Source: Chiloscyllium plagiosum (lineage: Eukaryota). From it: 64,000 nt of DNA. This document shows positions 40,001-52,000 of this stretch, piece by piece. The stretch lies in NCBI RefSeq assembly GCF_004010195.1, contig NC_057727.1, positions 38,343,944-38,407,943 of the forward strand, in the 5' to 3' direction. Each line of letters starts with the position of its first letter. Position 1 is the first letter of the stretch. The notes below the pieces were generated by a model. It searched no databases. It had not been told where the DNA came from and saw only the letters and a list, made by a program, of their open reading frames with translations. The position numbers were made by a program, and so were the translations under genes.

Positions 40001-43000
40001 CCTTTCGTGCTGCCCATCCTCAGAGGCTAGCAACTGTTGGCAGTGTCACTGGGAGTGGTCATGCTTGCCAACATTGTGCCTAGGGAGAGACTCAGGATAG
40101 TCATGGGCCTCAGGTCACAGAGGAGTGAGGGCAAGATGGGTGTTGTGCGTCTCAGTTTGATTGAGAGGGGAGAAGTATTGGCAGCAAGATTAACAGGATG
40201 GTTCTTAATGACTTGTACATTCGATATTCCAAGAATCTCAATTGGACACTGTGCCTTATTATGAAGGACCCGAGGAACATTCAAGCAAATAAATACAGAT
40301 CAGAGGCTATGAATTCTACAGTTAGTAACTCACTTCCTGACCTCCCAAAGCTTGTCCACCATCAATAAAGCATAATTCAGAAGTGTGATTGAATATAATC
40401 TAGTTACATGGATGGGTGCAGTTCAAGAAGCCTAACGACATTTGGGATAAAGTAACGCATTTGATTAGCAACCCAACCAATACTTTAACCATTTAATTCC
40501 TCCATCCCAGTACACAATAGCACTTTATATGTGATGCACTACAGCAATTTATCAAGGCTCTTTCAACAGCATCTTCCAAACACACAATGTATTCTACCTA
40601 GAAGGACACCGGCAGCAGATGTATAGGAATGCTACCACCTGCAGGTTCCCCTGCAAGGCGCGCTCTACACTGGCTTGGAAATATCATACCTTTCTTTCAC
40701 TGAATCTTAGAACTCCCTTCATAACAGCACTATGGGTGTTCCTATACTGTAACGACTGCAATGATTCAACAATTCTGTTCATCATCACCTTCACAACGGC
40801 AATTAGGGATAGACAATAAATGTTAGTCTAACCAACCATGCCAATATCTCAATAAATTAAGTCAACAGGGCTCGCTTTTGCAATTCCTGTAGGGTGACTA
40901 TCATATCCAATGCTGACATACCAGCCACAATACAATGAGGCTCTTAAAGGAATGTGAGTTGCTCATTTAAAGATCTCAATTAATAAAGGGGCAGTATGGC
41001 CACCTTCGAATCGACTCCTTACCCGTCATCCTCCAACCCAGGTAAATAACTCCCCACTTTAAACACATCTCAGAGGAGGGAATTGAGTTTCACCAACATG
41101 TGTGACTATCTCCATCATTACTGCTGGGTCACAGTTAAGGGGATGGTCAGGAGAAAAGAGGATTAAACAACATAATGTATAAACATCATTATTGTACCAG
41201 GCATTGGTGAACGAGTAAAATGAAAATTTTCATTTATAAATGCACATTTTATGTAAAAAGTTACTTAGCACAGATTGTACATGTAACTATTGTTCTTAGA
41301 ATGCTAATCAGTACTTTTAGACCACAAACCCAAATTCAGAATGGCAATCATCAATTACTGGCATAACTTACTTTTATCAACGGCAAAATAATTGCTTGCA
41401 GGTTCGAGTTGGTAAGTGATGTCACCCATATCATCAGCATCGGTAGCTATGCAAGTTGCAATGACTGTTCCAACTGCAAGCTCTTCATCTAAGTCTATAA
41501 TTGCTGTCTGCCCCGTGTCCGATGTTTCTCCAAAATCAGTTTCTTTGCCATTAATCCTATTTTTGAAACTACATAATATAAAGTTAGTCAGACTGCAACA
41601 AAGGAAAGCACGGCTCATTTTAAAGCCGCATATTAATACACGATGTTTTTAATTTTTCACCACTCTGCAACATGGTCCATGATAAGCCTCAATGATAATA
41701 TCAATCCCTTAGACCATATACTGGGTTTACTGATTTAAAAGATAAAATAGTGTACAGAGGAACCTTGATGATCTGGCATTCGATTATCCGAATATTGGAT
41801 TATCCAGCAAGATCCCAAGGTCCCGATGCTTGGCTAAACTGTGTTATCCGGCATTCGATTATCCAGAATTCAATTAACCAAACAAAATACTCCCCGCCCA
41901 TGTCCTTCAGATAATCGAGGTTCCTCTCTACATGAAAACTAATCTTGACTATCTGCATGCAATGCATTTTCAGAACCAAATAATAAATTGACTTGATACA
42001 CAACTGTTCTTTGCAGTTTGTCTCTTAGAAATTAACCATAAAAGGTAAAGTCACTATGGCCCTATTAGATAATATGGCTTGTCTTCAATTAGAGGGAGAT
42101 GACTGGTGGTGGTTTAACCTGAAGATCACCACACCTCAGACAAGGGAGGGGTTAAGAGGGAAGTCCTTCACAGTAACCTCAGCTATTGCAGGATTGAACC
42201 CATGCTATTCGTGTCACTTTGCCTCGCAAACCAGCTGGCCAGCTGAGTGACTTAACCTGAGTGAGGCAGGAAATTTTGCTGGCAATTTAATTGCTCAGTT
42301 TCCAGCAGAAGACTGAGGCCGCCTTTGGCCCCCAATTGCACTCTGCCTCTCAGCTTCCCTACTTTTCCAAAAAAAGTTTACAGATTGCAAATACAGGTAG
42401 TTCTTCTATAACACAATGGTTGTGTTCTTGTGCGACTTCGCATACAAAAATCGAATTTTAGAAACAGCACTTAAAGTGTTGGCGATGTAATCGTCTTACA
42501 GCCAACACACGTTTTAAAAGTTTGTACTTTAGAAACAGTGTCGCCAATTTGTCAATCATGTTACAGTGAATTTGCATTAACAAAACACATGTTATAGCAC
42601 CATGCCTGTACCAGGCTTGGGAGAATAGGGCAGCTGATGGTTACTCAATAAAATTTCAATTTGTGTGCAGATAAGGTTTAGAACAGTGTTTCACAAGAGT
42701 AAAGGAGAGTTTAGGTCAAACATAAACTTCCCTTCTCTTCTTGCCCATACCATCTCACCCTCAGAAAGGGAAGTGAAAACTTACTGTCAAAGGCCTCTTT
42801 AGTTGCGAACCCTATTGTGAAGGATTTCACCTGAAAGCAAAGGTGACAGGACCCAAATCTGTATACTTAATGACTCCGCCAGATTTGGATTGCTGGCTTA
42901 GCGATTTGCTCAGAAATATTATTAAGAATCAAAAATCTGAGGAATCAGATAGCACAAGTCATTTAAATGAACTTTAATTAATTACCGAGCCAGTTTCTGC

Positions 43001-46000
43001 CAAGTGGGCAGAATTAAAATTCACACTGAGGTGATTCTAGAGATAAGAAGAAGGCAAGGGATAAGTCAAGCGAATAATTTGTAGTGAATCACATACTGTA
43101 CCTGAAGAGGCTGGAATATTATCCCTGAGCCTCAAACTATGCCAACCATCATGCTGCACAGTCTCCTATCAAATCCAGGAGAGGTGGTGACTGTCAATGA
43201 GCTCTGTCCCACAGTAAACCATGTCCTTCAATGCACTATTGTCTCCCAACCTTATATATTGAGCTGCTCCCCTTTTACAATTATTGTTCCCTCTGCATCC
43301 CAGCATGCTGTTTCCAACCCCACACTTGACCTGCACAACTTCTCTCCACTGCAGTGGCTGATGCTAAATTCCAATTCCCAGGATTTACCATGGGCCACAC
43401 CCCTGATCGACTTGGATGGACAGCCCCAGTTGAGGAGTGGCTGGGTCCTGACTGATATCTGTGTAGTTTTGACTGAAATAACAAATCCCCATACTGGTTG
43501 CACTGGACCTGCAGACTGTGTCCTATTCCCTGGAGTGCAGTAGTACAGACTCCCTGGGGCTAAATGTTCCAAGTGGCTAATTGACAATATCAGACAAGCC
43601 CGTATTCTGAGATCAGACATTGCCTTTGTTGCACGAGTAGCTCTTGATTGAAGGCTGTTTTGCATGACATGACTAAGGATTACTCCTTTTTGACTTTGAA
43701 ACACGGCCACATGGCTGATTCGCCTTCAGTGTGTTTATTGTGTAAACACCAATATCCTATAATCAAATTTACAGATGATACTGAAATATGTGACAAAGTA
43801 AGCTGCAATAAAGGAACAGACATTTATAATGGATATAGATCAATTAGGTGAATGGACCAAAATTTGGCAGATACAGTTTAACGTGGATTAGTGTGAGGTT
43901 AACCATTTTGATCAGAATAATAAAAAAGGTAATCATCATTTAAATAGAAAGAAACTTCAAAATGTTTTGGTACAAGTGGATCTGGGTGTCCTTGCCCATG
44001 AGTCACAGAAAGCTAGTATGCAGGTACAACAGGCAATAAGGAGGACAAATGGGAATTTTGGCATTCATTGCAAAGGGAATAGACATAAAAATAGGTTAGT
44101 ATACAAAGCACTCATAAGATTGTATCTATATCAATGACATGCTTCTAGCATGTGTTGGGAATCCTGATTATGTCCAAAACAGCAATTCTCCTGCTCCTCG
44201 GATGCTGCCTGACCTTCTGTGCTTTTCCAGCACCACACCCTCAACTCTAACCTCCAGCATCTGCAGTCCTCACTTTCTCCTCCTGATTCCCATTGTGAGG
44301 CAATCTAAAACGAGAGGTTATAATTTTTGGCTAAAGGAAGGTAAATTTAAACAGAGATTAGGATGAATCACTTCTCTCAAAGAGTTGTGAATCTGTGGAA
44401 TTCACTACTCAAAGGTGCAGTGGATTCCAAGACATTGAATAAAATTAAGGAAGAGAGACAGATTTTTAATTAGTTATGGGTTAAAGGACTATGGGGAGCA
44501 GGCACGCAGGCAAGTGGAGTGGAGGTCAAGATGAGGTCAACCATAAGTGCATTAAATGGCGGAGTAGGTTCAAGGGATTGAATTGCATTATACTATTCCT
44601 ATATCTTATGTTCTTCTGTAAGGCTTCAGCACATGCTAGAAGCATGACATTGATGTAGAACTGCGCCATACAGCAACATGTCTATCCATTTGACCGATCA
44701 CTGCTGACAGTTAAGACAATCTAGGAGAAAGTGAGGACTGCATATGCTGGAGATCAGAGCTTAAAAATGTGTTGCTGAAAAAGCGCAGCAGGTCAGGCAG
44801 CATCAAAGGAGAAGGAGAATCGACGTTTTGGGCATAAGCCCTTCTTCAGGAATGAAAACGTCGATTCTCCTTCTCCTTTGATGCTGCCTGACCTGCTGCG
44901 CTTTTCCAGCAACACATTTTTAAGCTAAGACAATCTGCTTGGTTTTGAGTCTGCACTCAATCGTTCAGCAAGATAGAAGGACTGTGAGCCTTTAAGCTCT
45001 GCTGGAGGGTACAAATGCAGAAGAGGTAAAGGCAAGGCAGAGTTACTACAAACATCCCAGCGGGCACAAAGTGAGTGGCCATGAAGCGAGCAAGCGAGGA
45101 GTGCTGAGATGTATCCTGGTCTAATTCATGAAATGGGCAGTTGTCTCCTGGTAGTTGAGAGTGTGGTGCTGGAAAAGCATAGCAGGTCAGACAGCATCTG
45201 AGAAGCAACAGAATTGAATTTTTCGGCATAAGCCCTTCATCAGGAACGAGGCTTGTGGGCTGAGGGGCTGAGAGATAAATGGAAGGGGAGTGGGATTGGA
45301 GGGAAGGTCGCTGAGAATGCAATAGGTAGATGAAGGTGAGGGAGAAGGTGATAGGTCAGAGAGGAAATAGAGTAGATAGCTGGGTAAAGTGATGGACAGC
45401 TCAGGAAGGTGGTGCTGAGTTGGAGGCTTGGGACTGGGATAGTGGTGGGGGAGGGAAACTGTTGAAATCCACATTGATCCCATGTGGTTGCAGGGTCCCA
45501 ATGCGGAATATGAAGCATTCTTCCTCCAGGCATCGGGTGGTAACGATTTAGCAATGCAGGAGGCCCAGGACCTCTCATTGGGAGGGGGTGTTGAACTGTT
45601 CAGCCACAGGGCGGTGGGGTTGCTTGGTGCGGGTTGCCTCCTAGCAGTAGCATTACAATGAAAGGGTATTTCCCTCCAATATGTGATACTGAAGTAGAAA
45701 GCCGTTAGTGGGTCAGGGATGTGCCATGATGAAGTGGTGAGGCTGGTGCACATCTGATGTCAACTTCTATTGAGAGGGCTGTTGCAGGTATTCACTGCCT
45801 GTGTGGAGCATGCCCTGAGATGGTTGGAACTGCTGTCCCAGATGGAAGCTCAGAGGAGCAAGCAGTGAGCTGCATTGTCACTTCTGATTTCTATCCAGCG
45901 CCTGGGAGAATAGCAAAGTTTATATCAGAGGTGAGATTAGGCACTAATGGCATGCCAATGTTTATTTTTGCTGCTCACTAGTGCGATTTTCACCTCACCA

Positions 46001-49000
46001 TTCAAAATTTGATTGCAGAAAGGCATTTGGTATGCTTTCCTTTATTGGCCAGAGCATTGAGTATAGGAGTTGGGAGGCCATGTTGCGGCTGTACAGGACA
46101 TTGGTTAGGCCACTTTTGGAATATTGCATGAAATTCTGGTCACCCTCCTATCAAAATGATGTTGTGAAATTTGAAAGTGTTCAGAAAATATTTACAAGGA
46201 TGTGCCAGGGTTGGAGGATTTGAGCAATAAGGAGAGGCTGAATAGGCTGAGGCTGTTTTCCCTGGAACATTGGAACTGAGGGGTGACCTAATAGAGGTTT
46301 AAAAAATCATGACAGGCATGGATAGGATAAACTGACATGGTCTTTTCGCTGGGGTGGGGTAGTCCAGAACTAGAGGGCATAGGTTAGGGTAAGAGGGAAA
46401 TATATAAATGGGATGTATGGGACAACATTTTCACGCAGAGGATGGTGCATGTATGGAATGAGCTGCCAGAGGAAGTAGTGGAGGCTGGTACAATTACAGC
46501 ATTTAAAAGACATCTGGATGGGTGTATGAATAGGAAGGGATTAGAGAGATATGGGCCAAGTGCTGGTAAATGGGACTATATTAGATTAGGATTCTGCTCG
46601 GCATAGACGAGTTGGACCGAGTTGTACATCGCTATGACTGTATGACTCTAATTGCATTTTTCTCAATAATAAAAATCTAATTTTTCCAATTTCATCATAT
46701 TTTCCCAACTGTCTCATCGTTTCCCATATCATTCAAATCTGGGAAAATGTGACTCTATGATGTTTTAACAAAATTATTATTTGTGTTCATTGTCTGCAAT
46801 CCAGTGAGGGTTTAGACAAAGCAGAACCCAACATGCCATTACTTACTGGAACCTCCTCCAGCACCACAACTCTCTGACATAAAAAATATAAATTACTAGA
46901 GAAATTCTATAGGTCTGGCTCTATCTGTGGAGAGAAAGCAGAGTTAATATTTAGGGTTCAGTGATCCTTAGTCAGAACTGATTGTAGCTAGGAAAAGGTT
47001 GGATATATGCTGAAACTGGGGTGGGGAGAGAGGGCAGGAGTAACTACTAGGTGGAGATGGAGCCCAGAGAGAGAGAATAGCAGTTGGGCAGAAAAAGCAC
47101 TGAGTAATGGTCAGCCTGCTTCTTGTGCATGCACAATTATATTGCTTTATCATTGATTGGAATGGCTTGTCCACAGAGCTCCTGTTCTGTATCTTTGCTG
47201 CTCTTAATCCCTCAGCCTATTTTAAGATGCTCCCTAAAGGATTCTTCATGAACCAGCTCAGTGGTTAACATTGCTGCCTCACAGCGCCAGGAACAAATGT
47301 TTGATTGCAGTCTTGTAGAACAGTCTGTGTGGAGTTTGCACATTCTCCCTGTGACTGCATGGATTTCCTCCAGATACTCCGGTTTCCTCGCACAGTCCAA
47401 AAACATGCAGGTTACATGGATTGGTCATGCTAAATTGTCCATAGTGTCCAGGGATGTGCAGGCTAGGTGGATTGCAGGGTTACAGAATCTGGGTTGGATA
47501 CTCTTTAGAGGGTCACTGTGGACTTGATGGGCTGACTGGCCTGCTTCCACACCGTAGGGATTCTATGATATGAAGCAAGTTTTTGGCCAGATGCTCTAAT
47601 TTCATCTTAAGTGCCTAGGTATTACATTGTTCTTTACAGTGCTCCTATGAAGTACCTTGGAACATTTTCTTACATAAAAGGGACCACATAAATTAAAGTT
47701 GCTATTGAGACCTTGATAATTCATCTGCTCCAGTATAAATTTAACATAAAACTTAAAAACATTTGGTGCTAAAGAGAACTTGAAATTTTACTCCCTGATA
47801 AAGAGAAGCACCCCAGCAGCAAAAACCAGGCACACAAAACTTCTTGTGATTTGATGAGATAAACAAATTAAACACTGCCTGGCTGCAGAGTGGACCAGAA
47901 CGCAATCCTCTCAGCCAGGAAGAAAGATGATTCAAAGCTTATATGCAATGAGTTTTACATAATAGTCATTAGCTGCAAGACAAAGCCACCCAAAAGCTCA
48001 ATGTTCATTAGTATTTGAATGTTACAAGGAGTATTCAATTGTGTATAATTATGAAACATGGGATTTGCTTTGGCCATGTATTCAGCATGTTCTTCTGAGA
48101 TTGTGTGATATGAACATTATTAAGCTGGCATGGGTTAAACTTCATCTTACCTCTAACCAGAGCTGTAATGCGTTTGGGAAATCTGGATACAAAAAAGTTG
48201 GAGAATTTTCAATGCTCAGCACAGCCATTCTTCATTTTAACCAGAACAAAAGAAGAAACATCCTCCAGCTTAAAATGTAACTAAATAGACTATTTGCTAA
48301 CTTGAGACTTATCATCAGAACAATGACCAGTTGAAATTTCAACATTGAAAGCTCATGGGAATTTCCAAAATGTTTAACCTCAGTCATTCTTAACCAAACA
48401 TGTTTCTCCTTATTCCAGTTGAAGGGATAATGGGGCCAATTTTGACACAGCAGTCCTGCCACCAGCCAGCCTCGCCAGTTAACTTGAAAATTTAGGTGCA
48501 AACTGCAGACTGTGTCCACATGATTAATTTCAATGGTAGGCAGCACTTGAACTTCTGAAACATGCTATTGTTCAATCATTTTGCTTTCCAATAGTACAGT
48601 CCAGTAAAATACACCACAATATGCAATGCAGTTCATAAATTAATTGGACACTTACATGCACGACAATACTGGAGTATTGTCATTGACGTTGGTGATGAAC
48701 ACTTTCACAGTTCCAACAATGAACAAAGCATTTGTGTCCTCCACCTTCACTGATAACAAATAGCTTCAAATGATAATGACTTGCATTAGTTATACAGAAA
48801 TGTGGTTAATAATCGATGTAGAGTAATTGGCATTTGAGAATAGTATTGAAATACATATTAATGTTTATTTCTACTTGTAGCGTTCTCTCTCTCTCGAGAG
48901 GTTGTCCCAATCACTCAGCATGTCTATTTTTTTTGTAAATTCTTGCTCCTATCTGCTCAGCACGTTGAATATGGATGTACAATTGTATTCCTTTGTCCAC

Positions 49001-49027
49001 GTTCTTGAGATACAAGGAATAATGCTG

Positions 49028-49097
<70 letters not shown>

Positions 49098-52000
49098 CAG
49101 CATTATTCCTTGTATCTCAAGAACGTGGACAAAGGAATACAATTGTACATCCATATTCAACGTGCTGAGCAGATAGGAGCAAGAATTTACAAAAAAAATA
49201 GACATGCTGAGTGATTGGGACAACCTACACCAGATATGATTTGGAGATGCGGTGTTGGACTGAGGTGTACAAAGTTAAAAATCACACAACACCAGGTTAT
49301 AGTCCAAAAGGTTTAATTGGAAGCACTAGCTTTCAGAGCGGCGTTCAGGACACCACCTGATGAAGGAGCGGCGCTCCGAAAGCTAGTGCTTCCAATTAAA
49401 CCTGTTGGACAATAACCTGATGTTGTATGATTTTTAACTTTGTACACCAGATAAGAATCAATGTTGAGAAGTGTAATGTACTTTTTGCTCCAAGAATTAC
49501 AACAATATCTTCTTAATGGCAGTAGATTAGGAACTGTAAAGGAGCCAACAGATTTGTGTATCTCAACAGATAATCCCAGAAAAATATCTTACAATATTAA
49601 AAGTCATCAAAAGTGTAATAAACCTGTCTTTGGAGTGGGGACCTGGTGAGGGTGCATCATGAAAATCAGCTTCCTGAAGTTCATCTCAGAATGCTGGTGC
49701 CTCTGGAACAACAAGTGCTGTCAGGGAGCAGAGAATGGGAAACCCTCTCACCAGGGTGATAAATTCCTTAAGGAAATTGTTAGTCTATTCAATGGATATT
49801 CGAGTTCATAGTTTCTTTTACCAAATCCAATAGTCTAGTGCATAGCTGTCAGGCTTACCACAGGGTCAAAAAAGGTTTATAGAGTCATAGAATCGTCAAG
49901 TCATAAGTTTTCCAAAATACACTAGTCCCACTTGCCTCTAATCCTCTAAACCTTTCCTATTCATGTACCTGTTCAAAAGTTTTTAAAAATGTTTTAACTG
50001 TAACTGCATCTACCACTTCCTCTGGCAGTTCATTCCACATACAAACCACCATCTGTGTGGAAAAGTTGCCCCTCAGGTCCCTTTAACATCTTTCTCTTCT
50101 CACCCTAAAAAATGACCTCTAGAATTGAACTCCCCTACCCTCGGAAAAATAAACCTTTGCTATTCACTTTATCTGTGCCCCTCATGATGTTATAAGGCTC
50201 TATAAGGTCATCCCTCAAATTCCTACAATCCAATGAAAAAAGGTTTCAGCCTATCCATCCTCTCCTTATACCTCAAACCCTCCAGTCCAGGCAACATCCT
50301 TGTAAATCTTTTCTAAATCGTCTCCAAGTTAATAATACAAATGATTTTGATGGGCCAAATGACTCCAGACAGATGCCTACTTTAGTCCCTGTTTCTGGGA
50401 GGATACTGGCATGTCCCAATGTAGCTACCACCTGCCTTTGCTGCTGACAGCAGACAGTCAGTTCCTGCCTCCTGTAGGAGCTTGGCGCCACTCACTGAGT
50501 ACCAAATTTACCTCCTGACAGATTTGAACATTTAAATTTTAAAAATAACATTGCAAGAGTGCCACAGTTGAGGCACTAGCTTATGACCTGGAGTTCACCC
50601 AGGTCTTTGGTTCCCAAACACACTATGAAAATGTGACCCATAAAATGTTGGCCTTTATTTCTTAGCATGCAGCATTAAATAAAGAGAAACGTCCTGTCGT
50701 ATCAGTCCTATGATATTCCCCAAGTATGAAGTATTATAGCAAGGAAGCCAACTATTTTATAACCTGTTGACAAATTTTTTAAATATTTCCTTGATACTTT
50801 GCTTTATTTCCAGCAAAGCACTATCTGTCAACAAAATTAACCAGACTTTTGTGGGAAAGTATTCAGGCAAACAAGGTTTACAGTTTACCATTATTCAAAC
50901 AACATAAGCTAACTATCATGTCCACACAGAGCATTATACTGTAGCTGACAAGGCCTTCAACATTCATCTAGACATTACTAATCAAGTAATGCATTCTTTT
51001 CTGCATGTCCTCCGGCAGATTGCAAAGATTGCCTTCACTTCTTGTCTATATTTTCTCCCACAACTACTCAACATGGTTATTCTCTATCTCATAGAGGCAT
51101 TTCTCTGTTTTCTCACCCCAAATATAGGAGAGAGAAGCAATTCGCAACCATCGAGTACTCTAGTATAATGTCAGTACAAGCCTTCCAAATTTTGTTTTGA
51201 GATCTACAGCTTCCAAGCTACTCTAGACGCTATGTTCCAGGTGAAATCATGCACTGGAGTTCCTTTCTGATGAAAAATTATATTTGAAACATAACACATT
51301 GGGCAAGGTTTTGGCTTTGGAATCAGGACTGCAATTTGAAACCAACTGGGAGATCCTTGCCTACACAAAATATATCTCCCACCATCCTCTGGATTTATCT
51401 CCTCATGTCACTAAAAATCTTGCCCATTATTTCACTACATAGAAACTGATTAATCTGCTGAGTATTTTCTGTATTCCTTTCTTCTTGTTTTAGATTTATA
51501 ACATTTACAACATTTTTGATTTTGCTCCCCTTCACTATAAACCATTATATATTAAGTTGGGTAGAATAGAACATCAGAAATTTGCCCTTTACACTCAGTT
51601 TTCAATTTCACTTCATTAAAATTGAACTGTTATTAATTTTTGCCCTTGTTCAGCTTTATGGAAGCAAAATAAACTTGATTCAAATTGTTGACATTCTTCA
51701 TTTTAGACTGAACTACACCAAATGATCTTGTGAGCAGGTTAGAAACAGAGATGTCATTGATTTAAAGTTAAATAGAAAGCAGGCTAAAACTTGAATCAGT
51801 TTCACAGCTATTAATTTCAATTCTTGAATAAATGACAATAGAGAAATTAGAATGGAAACGACTCTAGCCTATGCACTAAGTGTGTGGGTGCAACCCTTTG
51901 TCTTTGTGACTGAGCTCACTCCACTTCTTCTAAGTATCTCTATTAATTTCAGCATGCAATATCTCCGTCACATTACTCCATGAAACCATGAATTTAAATA

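Noticed and set aside
38900-43710. GC-richer blocks with short ORFs, possibly ancient Harbinger-type remnants (similar motif near 55460)
   Set aside because: Only a weak FPGVQ hint; no terminal repeats or catalytic motifs could be confirmed.
48902-49223. Twin 88-aa ORFs on opposite strands
   Set aside because: A by-product of the palindrome and the (CT)/(GA) microsatellite.
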